Assembly (NCBI RefSeq): GCF_963853765.1
Contig: NC_088854.1
Span: 7,130,001-7,194,000, forward strand
Origin: Magallana gigas
Taxonomy: Eukaryota
Length of the DNA stretch: 64,000 nucleotides
Direction: 5' to 3'
This document shows positions 33,255 to 59,548 of the stretch, in pieces. The notes under the pieces were generated by a model that was given only the letters and a program-made list of their open reading frames with translations, was not told the origin of the DNA and did not search any database. A program made the position numbers and the translations under genes. Every line of letters begins with the position of its first letter. Position 1 is the first letter of the stretch.

Positions 33255-33802
33255 GATATACACTGGCTATCAGTCCTTGACTCCCGTCTGTTCGCTACAC
33301 AATTTGGGATCATGAAGATTGAAGACGTAATGAAGCACTCCTATTTTTACTTACGCATCAAAATTATTAGACAACTAGTAAATCTAAAGACTTAACTTTG
33401 GTCATTTTAACTATAAATATTTATGACGCATTGTTATTAAATATTTAATTTAATTGATATAGCATGAACAGTATTACTTAAAACTGTACTGCAGTATTGG
33501 TCATGGTGAATAAAACAGTTTGATATTAAAATCATTCGTAGAAAACTACTTTAAAACGACTATCTCACAATTTTAATGCTTCAGAGGAAATGTGGAATAA
33601 ATAAATCGTTGTCAAACTCACGCAAGATTATGACAAAAAAAGGCTAAAAATGAAGACGATGAAAAATGTTTATCCGGATTGTAAAAGAGCACACAAAAAT
33701 GAAGAATGCTCAACGTCTGTAACTATTGTCAATTTTTTGTTAAAATATTTGTCATACACACAAATACACACACATTTAGTTATTAATTAAGAATATTTAT
33801 TT

Positions 33803-33958
33803 AAGAAATGAACTCAATGTCTACCCAAGTTATACTCGTATAACCTGGGTTGGGGCAATTTACGCTTTATAATCCGCGAAGCGGATTATAAAAAAGCGTA
33901 AATTGCTCCAACCCAGGTTATACGAGTATAACTTGGGTAGATATTGAGTTCATTCCTT
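33803..33958. repeat. ~155-bp near-perfect palindrome with GCGAAGC apex
   Basis: AAGAAATGAACTCAAT...ATAATCCGCGAAGCGGATTAT...ATTGAGTTCATTCCTT. Confidence 0.9.
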
Positions 33959-34555
33959 ATAATTTAATTTTCTGGAATCTGCTGTACAAATTGAGTCCGT
34001 TTTACTTTTAAAAATGATATAAATCTGTTCAAAATTCAAACGTAACGTCAAGTGAATTAGTACGTTGGTGCATTGTGACGTGTCTTGTGACGTGCAAACC
34101 AGGTTATACAAATTTAACTAAATTTTTCTATCCAATCAAATGCCGCGTTACAACCAGAATTAAATTATTCTTATATATACTTCGTTTTATAATTTTTGAA
34201 GATTTTGCTTATAGTTTTACAGTATAGTTAAGTATAGCCTTAGGCCTATACGTCCCTGGTTATATTATAATTCATTTTGTGATGTTGCTATTCAAGATAA
34301 TGATTTTTTTCAAATTATTCAAAATATAAATTATCTTAATTTTATTGTGAATCTTTAGGCAGTTCAAACGACCGTAAATAATCTTAACCAATGAAAACGT
34401 TCCAATAGCAGCATATCAGTTTTTGATTCGCCAGCCTGAGGGGAAAGTGGGTCAGAGAACTATCAGATGCTCAGAATAAATTAAGTCGGCTAGTACTAAC
34501 CGGTGTGCAAAACAGTGAACGAACAGCGCCCATTTTGTTATTACAGAAAATCACC

Positions 34556-37948
<3,393 letters not shown>

Positions 37949-39142
37949 ATGCCTCCCACGCCTCAGATTAACAGACTAAGCAAATGGACCAATTCCTGTA
38001 CAGCTTTAAATAATTCTCAATGACAGTTTTCTAGTCACTGTGTTCTGTTTCTCTGTGATCTTTCTGTCTCCCTTTCTATCCGCCATTTTTTGGAAACATT
38101 TTTACTTTTGTTTAAAATTGTTAAGGGCTTACAATGAATAAATTGATCAAATTTTATTTAAGCCAGTTGTTAAGAATTATCATTCTACCGGTAATCCTGA
38201 TCAACAGAGTGTTGCATGTGCTCAAACATAAACCTAGGTTGAATAATTTAGATCTATTCCTTTATCTATTATTGCAAGGAAATGAAAGCAAAATTCTTCT
38301 CATTTTCAGTAACTATTAGTGGATTTTGCAAATCCTGCATTGTATTAATGAAGAATGATACTTTTAAATTCATATTGGCAGATTTTTTAATGTGTTGGAT
38401 CATTGGAACTAAAAATGTTTAAGATGGTCAAAGAACATACTTCCTTTGTTGTGACGTATTTCCTATTGAAATACTGCGTAATAAAAATTAACTATAGTTT
38501 TATTATTTTTTTTATTTTAAGTTCATAAGTTTCAATCCCGTTAGGGCTTTTATAAGTTATATATAATAAAGTATTTGAAATATAGTGTACTTTTATCCGC
38601 ATTGATAGGTGTCCCATTCCACCTTGATACTCAATCCATTAAACCATATTCGGGGATTTTTTAAAATAACATTCTGGAGATCGGCTGAACAGCAGGACCT
38701 TTTCAAAATTTGTAGAGTCATAGCATAGTTATACATGTAGTAGTTAGGGCTATATGGACCGTGGATATCGGCCTGGGAACAATAAGAGTGTTTTATTTTC
38801 AATTTTTGTTTATATCGAAAATAGCAGGGTAGTGTAGACGGAAATTGGTAATCCGACAACATCGTTCTGTACATCTATGTTTTTCAGTTTGATTTTGGGA
38901 TCAAAATTTAAACCATCAAAGAGTTGCAAATTTATTCCAAGCGATGAATTGGTAAATTGAAATGGTTTGATAGTGTTGGCCGTGTGCTACATCTGATTAT
39001 CCGCGCCTGGTTCTGTATCGTTGTATGAGGACGTTTTTCCGTATGCAGGAAGTGGTGTGAACAAATGCACACTCGGAGGGAAAGAATTAACAATGACTCG
39101 CCTATTGTACAACAAAACTCTCCGCCGTATGAATTTACATAA

Positions 39143-39305
39143 GGAATAAGGAATCATTCTTTGAGTATTATGAGGTGATAATTTTGGTCGGGGCGTGATC
39201 AAATCCAATAAAGCCCGAAGGGGTTTATGATAGATTTGATCACACCCCGACCGAAATTATCACCTAAATGGCTAATAATATTCAAAGAATGATTCCTTAT
39301 TACTT
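39143..39305. repeat. ~160-bp imperfect palindrome of a dispersed family
   Basis: AATAAGGAATCATTCTTTGAGTATTA / TAATATTCAAAGAATGATTCCTTATT arms, CCCGAAGGG apex. Confidence 0.85.
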
Positions 39306-41109
39306 ATATTTATATAATTTTAGGCCATGGTACGATTAAATATTTAAAAATAAACAAACCCCGCTGGCGCCTCAATTTGGCGTCATTTGTATTATGAGTT
39401 ATATAGTACAAAATCGACCGATACGTAGTGTTATCACAGGCAAATACTCTGGATAATGTAAATATAATAATTTAACGACAGCTTTATAATGACTGACCAA
39501 CGGATAAAGCTAACTCCATTAATTGCTACCAGATTTATGTGTGTGAGGATCCAGAATTTTTTTTTCAGAGGGTGGGGTCGGGTCCCAAGGATAATTGGGC
39601 TAGTTTGCAGAAGGAGGTCAGAGGCTGACTCTATGTAATTTTGCAATGGGAATATTTAATAAATTTGAATTTTTCCAGGGTCAACACCCCCTTTCTAGAT
39701 CCGAACATGCTTTAGAAATTTTTTAAAATATTGTAGTTTTGTTTGATAAGCTACAAAAATTTGATGTATCGTGAATTCCCTTACAAGGAGATGAAATGAA
39801 ATGATTGGAAATTTCAGACGTGTTATGCATATTATGTATGCATAAAGTTTGTCATTGCATTACATGTATAGGGATCCGATTTAAGTCCTGGGAACTTTTG
39901 TCCAATACTTGAACTTTGTTATCTTCCTTTCATTCTGTCTTTATTCCCTCCCATAGAAGATTGCATGGATATAAAGTTTTAAATACAAATCATAAATGCA
40001 ACTCAAGAGTAACAATGTTATTTAAAAAAGAATATAAATACCATATATGTGTTCATTACGTTTGAACTAGATAGAGACGAGCTGGCGAGAAAAAAAATAT
40101 CGATGAATATTGCAATCTGTAAAAATCGCGAAGATTTCTCAGGATTCAGTTACTGTGAGAAATATTTATCTTTCTCTGAGTTTACTAGCATAAACAAAAA
40201 AGAATTATTGGTATTGAATGGTTTACTTGTGTTTTTTTAATGATTCGCCAACATTTGAATGTTACAAGTCAAGTTACAAGCGAGAAAGAAGTCGTTTATG
40301 TTTACAAAACTGCTCAAATTTTATATTTGTTTACAAATAATTTAAAGAAATTTCCATTTCTTTGACAAAATATAACTTGTGGCAAACAAAAATGATAAAC
40401 TGATTGAATGTGTTAACAGTGTGCTCAACAACAAAAAGCAACATTAGACTTGAAACGTATACCCATAAAACACAAACAATAACAGTACTCAAACTTTGTT
40501 TATAAAACAAAGCATTCTAACCTTTGTAACTCGCTTGTACATGTACCTCAACATTTGACTTTCAAAATTTGACAAAGCATTAAAAACATCCATATCGACC
40601 ATTCTAAATTTTGAAAAATTCGAGTTCCAATCGCGTCTTAGTCCTTAATTTCCTCAATTGCATCCGTTCAGTATGGATAAATTTATAGAAAACCTGTGGA
40701 AAAAGAACGCAAAGTTCGGCAGTGAAATATCAAAGTTCTCAATCATCGCGTTCCACCAAACATATCTGAAAGCAACTTGCGCTAGAAAATAAAGCGCAAT
40801 CGCCACACACAAAACAAAGGTTTACTCGTAACAAACATTTTTCGTATTATTATTATTTTTTTTTTTTTACAAAAAATAGATACTGAATTTTGGAGGAAAC
40901 AGCCCCGCCCATTTGTAGGGGCAGATAAAAAAATATATAAGTCTATATATATAAATTTCAGTTATATTTTTATACTGTTTAAAATGATCATGTTAACAAA
41001 TAAAATAAGTCATTCATTTGTTTAACAATACATTTTCAGTTGTTTAACGTTCGTAGATGCTTACCCACTATCAATAGTCGTTATCCGAAGAAAAAAAATT
41101 GAAAATTTT

Positions 41110-41181
41110 TAGCAGAGCGTGGTTTCGATCCACGGACCTCTGGGTTATGGGCCCAGCACGCTTCCACTGCGCCACTCTGCT
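41110..41181 (-). tRNA. tRNA-iMet: Initiator tRNA-Met (CAT)
   Basis: Minus strand AGCAGAGTGGCGCAGTGGAAGCGTGCTGGGCCCATAACCCAGAGGTCCGTGGATCGAAACCACGCTCTGCTA: A1:U72 pair, GATCGAAA T-loop typical of eukaryotic initiators, downstream oligo-T terminator (~41090-41098). Confidence 0.97.
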
Positions 41182-41968
41182 GTTGTGACACTGAAAATAT
41201 ATAACAGATATATAAATTATAAAATGACGTATTTTATAGGAGTTCTCTGTGCGTTTTGATGTACCTGTTTACAGAACTGTTTCGATCAAGCTTGTATTTA
41301 ACATTGATTATTTATTCGATTCACCAGTTTAATAGTCAGTTGTAACTAAACTTGTAAGTAAGTTGGCAATATATGAGCGCACAGTCCACTTTAGAAATGC
41401 TTTTATTTACCAAATATGTATATGCTGTTGTTGTTTAAAACTATTTTTTTCATCGAAAGATTTCGAAATTACTTGTGATTAATTGCTGTAACGTTATGTA
41501 TTCACCTGTGTAACCATGAAATGAAAATTGAATGTTGTAAGTTTTAGAAATTTCCCTAAACAGGTAGGGAGAAATCGCTAAAATGAGATGATATAAAGAT
41601 ATAGATAGATAAATATGTTTATTCACCAATCAACATGATCAAGGGCCCGGGGGGGGGGGGGGCATTTGGATATAAATTTGAAGTGCGAAAACTAGAGAAT
41701 TTTTCTTTTGCCAAAATTATAGTACAAATGTAACAACTTTTTCCTTTAACCACACTATTACATAAATTGATCTCTCAGTATATCCAAAACCTCTTGGGGA
41801 TCAACAAAGGCTTATAGAAAAATTTGCTATAGCCAAAAGTTGTTGCTATTGATATATACATTATAGTGGATTTATAATAAATATCATCAAATTTATATCC
41901 CACTTAGGCTATTATACCTTAAACAGGATATTACTGTTATTTACATGTATATTCCATTTGGGCAATTG

Positions 41969-42526
41969 TAGCTGCAGAACTGTAGCTCTCCAGGAAAAAA
42001 AATTTGACAGACCGGAGAGCTACAGGGCCACCCATTGAAAAAATTGTATATTTATTGCGCAGAAAAACGTGCGCTAGTTTTCGACTAATTTACCTTATTT
42101 ATACGCAAATTCTGTGAAAACAATTAGTACCATTAAATTCTTCATGCAATTTACTACTGATATTGCCTCTTTATTTGCCTCGGACTTTCTCCGAAACACC
42201 CTACTGACCTCGGAAAATCAAGTATGTTGAATTTACATCGAGATCGAGAGTCGCCATTTTTACATGTAAATAAAGTGCACCACATGAATTTACGGGACTG
42301 GTGATGGTGTTTAAAAGACTATCCGAGGCAATATCAGTAGTAAATTGCATGAAGAATTTAATGGTACTAATTGTTTTCACAGAATTTGCGTATTAAATAA
42401 GGTAAATTAGTCGAAAACTAGCGCACGTTTTTCTGCGCAATAAATATACAATTTTTTCAATGGGTGGCCCTGTAGCTCTCCGGTCTGTCAATATTTTTTT
42501 CCCGGAGAGCTACAGTTCTGCAGCTA
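41969..42526. mobile_element. Mutator-like MITE, ~200-bp TIRs, 9-bp TSD
   Basis: GGGCAATTG at 41960-41968 and 42527-42535 flanks TAGCTGCAGAACTGTAGCTCTCC...GGAGAGCTACAGTTCTGCAGCTA; arms near-identical. Confidence 0.92.
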
Positions 42527-42577
42527 GGGCAATTGGTCCCAACCTTCTAAACACTTTTATTTTTTATTTAGAAAAAA

Positions 42578-45500
42578 ATGGATGCCATACTAAATGGGAT
42601 ACTAACTTCCCAGCATCCTGATGCTTTAAAGAAACAACTAATCACGAAAGTAACAGAAAACAGCTCAAAGCCTCAGCCAGTACGCGTGATTCGATCTGTG
42701 CTAGAGATCTCCTCATCATGGTTTCTACAGGGAGAATCGGACATTGCATTGACGGAGGGTTTACAAGTGTATATGTCATGGGCAAAATACAATCTTACAA
42801 CATTTGAAGCTTTCTTTGACAGGGAATTTCTGCTCTCTCTATTTTCTTATAAAGGTAAACATGAGGCTAATGCTGTACTTCTGCTTGAAGTCAGCATGGA
42901 ATTGCTTCAGAGGTCTTCATCTTACTCGGCACATGTCCATGTGGTCGAGGCGAAGGCAATCAGTTATGTGAGAGAACATCCATCTATTGACTGCTTAACT
43001 AACTTTGTTAACTTCTTATTCAAATTCAAGGAGTGTTTACCAAAAGGTGACTTTGTTTCAACTTTCTGTGTATCCCTAATAAACTCAATGAGTCTTTGTT
43101 CTATTTCTGAGGACTCAGGGCCTGAAAATGTCATTGTGTACATTAGGAATGTGGATAAAATTTGTTCTCTTATTCATAATTTATGGAACAATGCTGACTC
43201 TGAAGTGATTCTAGAATCACTAAAAGCCATTTTTGGATTAATATCAGCTTTAGAAGAAACAGAACCTTCGATTTGTTTGGGTGCAGTTGTGCGGAACATC
43301 CCAGAGGAAATGATTGAAATTATTGTGAAATATGCCATAAATTCAGACATTGACAGTGCAAGAATGACAACAGCACTGCAAAGAGTGGTGGATTGGGTTC
43401 AGTGGCCGACGGCTACTAATGTTCACTTGTGGATAGTCAGGTTTTTCCGGAGTCTGGCCATGGCCAAAAAGTACAGCATTCTCATAAAAGTCACAGAAAA
43501 TAAAATTGAACAGGTAAATGAAATTATTTTTAGAGATGGAAAAAGGTCGGGTTTGTATCCTAAATTAGTAAATTTCATACCTAAAATCACTAGTATTTGA
43601 TGTCTAGTTTAATGATCAGCTTTAGGGTTACTTTTATCCCATTAAATGATACACTGATAAAATCAGCACCTATTTTACTTGTTTTTTTTTATTTTGATCA
43701 AACATGTACTTAAAATATTAATCAGTTCATTACATGCTTCAGGTCTGTCATAATCTAAAGTTTGTGGCTGTCAGGGATGGAGCAATGAGTGTACTCACCC
43801 AGATGTTTCTAGGGTTTCAACACTCACCTGAGCCTTTTCACAAGGTAGTTATTGAAGATGCAGTTGATTTGAAAACAACATAATAATAAAAGGTTCAGTT
43901 CAAATTGTAAAAAGTAAAAACTAATTACCGGTACCTGGTAAACCATTATTTTTTCACAAGTCACCATTAGATTTCTTTCTCTACACAGACAAATCAATTG
44001 CCATATCAAGAAGTCTAGTCTCTAACCACTTTTTCTAAATTATTTGATGGATTAATATTTTTTTTAACATGAAAGACCTTTACTTTGGTTTTGTTCTTTT
44101 CTTTTTTTTGCTACATACAAAGATGTTGTTGAATTTTTAAAACAACATAACTACAAAAAAAGTTTTCATCTGTTCTGGGATTTCAATGCAGGCAATGCAA
44201 TGGATTCCTATTTGAATTGTTGCCTTTTGTAAAACTTGACTTCTACATTTCAGATATTGCCTGAGATAGTGAAAGTGATAGACATCTTGAAAACTGAGAA
44301 TGAGACTGTATTGAAGCAGCTCTCTGATCTGTTACACTGTTGCTTCTTTCTCCACGCGGGATACCCAGACCTGTATGATCCGATATTGGAGGCTCTAAAG
44401 GTGAGAGTTAGGGACTGCTGCAATTACAGACAGGAACTGCTTCATAGTAAGCAAAGCATACTTGTTGCCACCATTTTACCTGAGCAAGAAGGGTATTTTA
44501 TAAATGCTAACAGAATGAATTTTAGCTATTTATAGTTACTGGAAATTTTTTAAATGAAGATTTTTTCTTAAAAAGTTCTTGAATTTCTTGATATGAAATT
44601 AAAGTTGTATGCCATAGCTTAAAAGAAATTTCAAAAATGCAATTTTAGGGAATTCCAGCCCCTAGTGCAGAGGAAATAAAATCTCGTTTGGAGGCAAGTC
44701 AGTGGCTGACCCAGAAATCAGGAGCATCGAAATATGTGTCCAAAGTCACTCAGAGGTCAGAGACCGGAAAGACGGGGCTCTTTAACCTGGGAAACACCTG
44801 CTTTATGAACAGTATCATACAGGCCCTCTTTATGTGTGACAGGTTAGATATCATCTCTGTGACTGCACACTTACATAGGGAGATATTGGTGGATGCAAAA
44901 AATGCCATGTTTATATACTAAATAAAGTGAAATTACCTTTTGTTTTCAATTCAACCTGAAATAAGGACTTTGTATTCTAGCTTTAGGAGGGACACACTGT
45001 CATACCAAGCCACCGCAGAGCAGCCGGTCATCTCCCAACTACAACAGGTGTTTGCTTTCCTCAGCCAAACACAGGTAACAATATATGTACATGTATTTAT
45101 AATGGCAATTCCATTCACTATTTCTACGCAGATAAAAGGTTGGGCAATACAAACATATAATTACTTTGTCAGTGCTATAATTAGATGTTTGATTGACATA
45201 CCTTTCTTGTCATTTATTCCACAGAGACCTGCCTATGCCCCCATGACTTTCTCCAGAATGTCACGACCCAGTTGGTTTGTGGCGGGCCATCAACAAGATT
45301 GCTCCGAGTATCTCAAGTACTTACTGGACCAAGTCCACGAGCAGGAGCGATCACGTCAGAAAAAGGAGAAACTAGCTCAGGAGTCAAAAAGTGCCAACGA
45401 TGGCAACCAAACTGATACAGAGACAGCTACTACTGTAGATAGTTCCAAGAAGTCACCTGTGATACGATCTTTGATAGAGGACCATTATGGAGGGATGATG

Positions 45501-46754
45501 GTGACTACCGTGACTTGTTTAACCTGTAAAACCAAGTCCTCTCGTACAGAGGAATTCAATGATATCCCGTTAGCCTTTCCGGAGTATAAGCCGATAGTGA
45601 ACCAGGACAAGGGTGATGAGTCTGATACATTGCCTAATACAAAGTGTTTACACCTTAATGACCTGCTACAACATTACCTGAAGCCAGAGATGTTGACCGG
45701 GGACAATCAGTACTTCTGTGATAAATGTGGCTCACTTCAGGATGCAGAGAGGAAAATCTCCATCACTCAGCCCCCTGAACATTTGATCATCTCCCTACTA
45801 AGGTTCTCCTATGATCCGAAAATCCATGCCAGGTCAAAGATCTTTCAAGAGGTCAAATATCCACGTACCCTGATTGTACCCAAGGATCAGACGTCGGAGA
45901 CGAGGAGTGACAACCCTAGGCGGTCACTGAGGAGTGCTGTGTCCCGCCAGATAGAAAAATGTGGGGTGAACACCACAAAGGGGGAGGTGTATGGACTTAA
46001 TGCGGTTGTGGTACACTCAGGGACTTCCTCAGAGTCGGGCCATTATTACACATATGCCCGCCATTCGCTGTTCCAGGATCCAGAGGCTGTGATGGAAAAT
46101 CTGTCGGAGTGTACAGATGAGGACAACATAGACTTCCTCCAGGACAAGTGGTACTCGTTCAATGATAGCCGTGTGTCGTACGCTCAGTACAGCTCCTTCT
46201 GTAGTGTCACTCAACGCTTCACGAAAGACACGGCCTATGTTCTCTTCTACAAGAGAATCGATCCCCAGAACAGTGAGAACGAGGGAGTGGATCTCAATAA
46301 GTCTATAAAACCAGCAGAAGTAGATCCTCCCCTTCAAGACAGACTGAGACAGCTGGTCAGCAAAGATAATGCTCAATACCTACAGGTAAACATACACTTA
46401 ACATCAAAGTGAAGGATTGTATTTGTACCAGAGTATTTTGTTTGTTGTACATGTCATTGTATACTAAAATGAGTTGTCAAGACTTGAAACATAGGATGAA
46501 AAGTCTTACACACAAATCTGAAAAATTGTACAACTGTGTACGATAACATCCAGAAAACCCTAAAATTCTACATTCATCACATGTTCTATTTTTTGCAGGA
46601 ACAGGAAATGTCCGAGCTAAAGCGTGCTTCTAGGAAGAGGCCGGTCTCCCAGACCACGTCTTCATGGTTCTACAAACCAGACGAGGATCAGGGACCCCCT
46701 GGCAGCTGTGGGGGGTCCTCATTCGACAGTAGCGGACCAAGATTTGTGTTTTAA
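42578..46754 (+). CDS. USP38: Ubiquitin-specific protease of the USP35/USP38 family, ~929 aa, 7 coding exons
   Basis: Exons 42578-43513, 43743-43844, 44254-44400, 44649-44842, 44981-45074, 45225-46385, 46599-46754 (2790 nt); Cys box GLFNLGNTCFMNS, QQDCSEYL, His box HSGTSSESGHYYTY, WYSFNDSRV, C-terminal PRFVF; USP35 versus USP38 not resolvable by eye. Confidence 0.88.
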
Positions 46755-47215
46755 TCAGGACTTTTGCAATGTTTTTATAAATTATGCTTAAGGTAGAATT
46801 AGCAAATTCTGTGACCTTGGTGCCAACTTTTTCTCCCAATACTACATGTACTAATGCTCACAAATTTATTTTCAAAACATGTTTTTTCCCATTAAATATT
46901 ATTTTGATTTTCTAAAATGATACATTTAGTACCGGTATTCAATTCATTAATGAAATATCAAACCAATTGTTGCTGATTACGTTACTGGTACTTGCCATAA
47001 AGCCTGTATATAGTCTAGTTGCTTCTTCTACATGTTACTGTGATCATCACATGCTTTGCTACATGTGTTTAGTTTCCTTACTTGTTTCCAAGGATTGTTT
47101 ATTGGACTGAATTTTAAAACAAACCAGTGTGTCTGTGATATCATGTTAGCCTTTTCATTATTGCTATATGTTTTTGTCCATCATCATTCGTCAGTCGTTT
47201 ACTTAAGGACATCAA

Positions 47216-47427
47216 GCAGTCAAACTGCTGGCATAATTGTAATAAGCACTGAGCTCCCTATCAAAATTGTAAAATTCATGGCACAGGGGTGGGGCACTGG
47301 TGTTAGAGTGGGGCTCTAATGATTATATACTATTGAAAAAGCATTAAATCTTTTAAAATCTTCTTTGCTCCTGAATATTAAGCAGATGAACTACATTATT
47401 ACTTATTAGGTTAGTTACTGACTCACT

Positions 47428-47464
<37 letters not shown>

Positions 47465-48510
47465 GAGGCCGAGGACTATCAAGCGACATATTCGTTCACA
47501 AATAGCGGTGATCTACGCAAAGCCATGTACAAGATACCTTACATCTCGTCGAGTTAAACTCATTTAAACTCTTAAAAAATATCAATACCACCTTTCAAAT
47601 ACACTTAAAAAATCTTCGCTTCACTCATATTACTTACAATGTTTTGTTGCTATTCAATTTTAAACCTCTTCAGAGATTTGAGCAGATTTCGGCGCTGCCA
47701 TTTTGCTCTGCTCCAGACATAACAATGCGACGTCAATATTCAAAGGGCAACTACTCTAATTTAAAAATAATTCCAAAGGGCAACTACTCTAAATATTTTA
47801 AGGACTTACTGAACACGATTTCTGTGTTAAATAATATGATATATCGAGATGAGTAGGTGAGGCGGCGGCCAATGACGGCCATATTGCCTAATATAAATCC
47901 TCAAAGAACCTTCATAGAGATATATGAGGCAATCACGTGCCATGTTTAATCCAATGAAAGTGTGACATTTCAGTCCGAGGGAAAACAATTATAGTTATGA
48001 TAAGGAAGAGTGCCTCTTCCAAAATCGTAAAGTTCATGGGTCAGGGGTTCTGGTGTTTAGGTAAGGCTTTAAATGAATGCAGTAATTCTTTTAAAATCTT
48101 CTCCTCTGGTACTGAGTATTAATCTAATGAATAAAGTGTTAAGGTAAGGCTTTAAATGAATGCAGTAATTCTTTTAAAATCTTCTCCTCTGGTACTGAGT
48201 ATTAATCTAATGAATAAAGTGCCTCTTTCAATTGAATTTCATGGGGTTCTTGTGTTAGGGTTTGGCTCTAATGATTAACTGATTATTTTTTTGTACCTAT
48301 GATTTGTTTAATTATGTCACTGTACGTAATGCTACAATTTTTAATTTTTTTTTTTTAGAATTTATAAAGATTTTTGGATAAAACAATTCTGGAATAATAA
48401 AACTGATTTAATTACCCCTGTTATTATAATACACATTAATATACATTGCAAGAGCCACACTGCAGTTACTCAGGTAACTGATTCAGCCCAAGGGCCTCTT
48501 GTTCCTGTTA
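47216..48510 (+). mobile_element. Decayed HINE-like element split by a ~580-bp unrelated insertion (~47410-47990), with an ~83-bp tandem duplication (48060-48225)
   Basis: Satellite-like units (AAATTGTAAAATTCATG..AAATCTTTTAAAATCTTC) on both sides; 3' end CTCAGGTAA..GCCCAAGGGCCTCTTGTT at ~48468-48505. Confidence 0.6.
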
Positions 48511-49684
48511 AGTAGCCTGTACCATCCCTGTCATATATCAGTAGTTATATCTCATAACTGAGTTTCTGCTGTCAAATATCATCATTTGTTAGTTCCCCTG
48601 AAGGAGGCTTTTATGGTTTATAATCAGCAGTTAGCTTTATTCTATGAAGTCTTTTTTCCATATTTCAGCAAACTGCTTTATTGGTGCAAATTAATCTATA
48701 TTTAGCATGAAATGTATTGATGCAATTACATATACTGGTATATTAAACTTTAAATTGCAACAAAATACTTGTTTTTACTTTAGGAACCAAAATTTTATAT
48801 GCTATAGCATAACATGGGGTAGTCAACACTTATAAACGCCTTAACGATTACCAAAAAAATCTTAAACTGTCCTAAGTTCTGTACTATTCATATACATGTA
48901 TTACATTTAGTTTGTATGCTGACTTAATACTCTACACAGAAACAGTTTACCTAGTATGTCATTATAAAATGCCTGAAAAGCCAGCATATTGACACAGTTA
49001 CTGCGAGGTAATTGACAATCCAGCAAACTGAACACAACTACTGTCAATACAAAATAATGGAAAGTCAATCTACTTTCACAACCCACTCGCATTAGAATGC
49101 AAAATCAGGGGCCACCGAAGTGATGGAAATAAAACCTCGTTGAGTTAATTCAGAAAACAAAACAAAAACCATATTTCATAATTTACACAACTTTCAAAAT
49201 GATGTATATTGTAAAATGAATGCAAGCATTAAAAAAAAATAGACAACATGGAGATGGTGACCATCTCAAAGGGCCTGCTTACATAGTGGACAATACGATG
49301 AAAAGAATTTCAGAAAATTTTGCTTAGAGACCTTGACCTATATCTTAGAAATTTTCCAGGTGGTGTAGATCTACATCAATTTCATTACTACTTATATGCA
49401 GGCATTTTTGTTCAATCTAAGCAAGATTAAGCAAATGGGAAATAATATACAGTCTTAAACTGATGATAAAAAGAGATCCTCTATGACCTTCAAATTGACT
49501 TGACAAAGTCACTGAACACCATCGACCAAAAAGCTCTGTTTAAGTAAAGTCTTAGCCAAATAGGGCTAAGTAGAGAGCATATAATTTTCTTCAAGATGTG
49601 AGGAATGTAAAAATCAAAATCAGATGGAGAAACCCAACTGATCTTAATTTTGGACATTACATGTAAAAGTTTGAAAAACTATCT

Positions 49685-49942
49685 TATTAGAACCATTTTA
49701 ACAAGAGCTTTGACTTTGGGTAGTTGTGTCAATTGACAATGTAACGTAGGCCTGTCTATTTCATTGTAGGCCATTCAGCCATGGCTCATTGAAATCAACA
49801 AGATTTTTCTGGCTTTGAGCAAAGACTCGGCAATCGGCGAATGTTTCGCTTGAAACAAGCGTAATTGTATTTTGTTTTGACGCAAGAAATAGATAGTTAC
49901 ATCCTACTGAAAGTCCAAGGCCTTGTTAAAATGGTTCTAATA
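49685..49942. mobile_element. ~258-bp MITE with TA ends
   Basis: TATTAGAACCATTTTAACAAG / CTTGTTAAAATGGTTCTAATA inverted termini. Confidence 0.75.
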
Positions 49943-50083
49943 CCTTAATAATAAGACATAATTTTTCACTTCTACTGAAGTACAGGCTTTCAAACCCTCT
50001 ATTTACATGACACTGTTACTTAATTACAAGACCCTTAAAAGTGTAAATTTCATTGTGCTCCTCTGTAATTTGTAAAGTGTCTT

Positions 50084-59175
<9,092 letters not shown>

Positions 59176-59548
59176 GCCTAACGATGAAGAAAATGTTGTT
59201 TCAGCTGGTTAATATGTGTATGAAACAAACGGTTATTTCATTATAACTCAAAGCGGCAGATGTCGCAAGAAGCAGAACCGTTTTTGGTAATATCAGCTGT
59301 TTTGTCTCACTAATCATTGCTAATTGCCTTGTGACAAATTGCCTACACAAACAGTACTGGAGGTATATTTTTTAAAATCTGCTGAACATTACCTATATAT
59401 TTATGCAATAAAGAATCTTCAATGTTTGAAAATTGGAATTGTTCGATATAATGTTTGCATGTCTGCATGGATACTTAAAAATATGCATATGGAAGTTTTA
59501 AAAAAATCATTCTAAATCCTAATATGAAGGGTTTTTTTTTTATGACAG

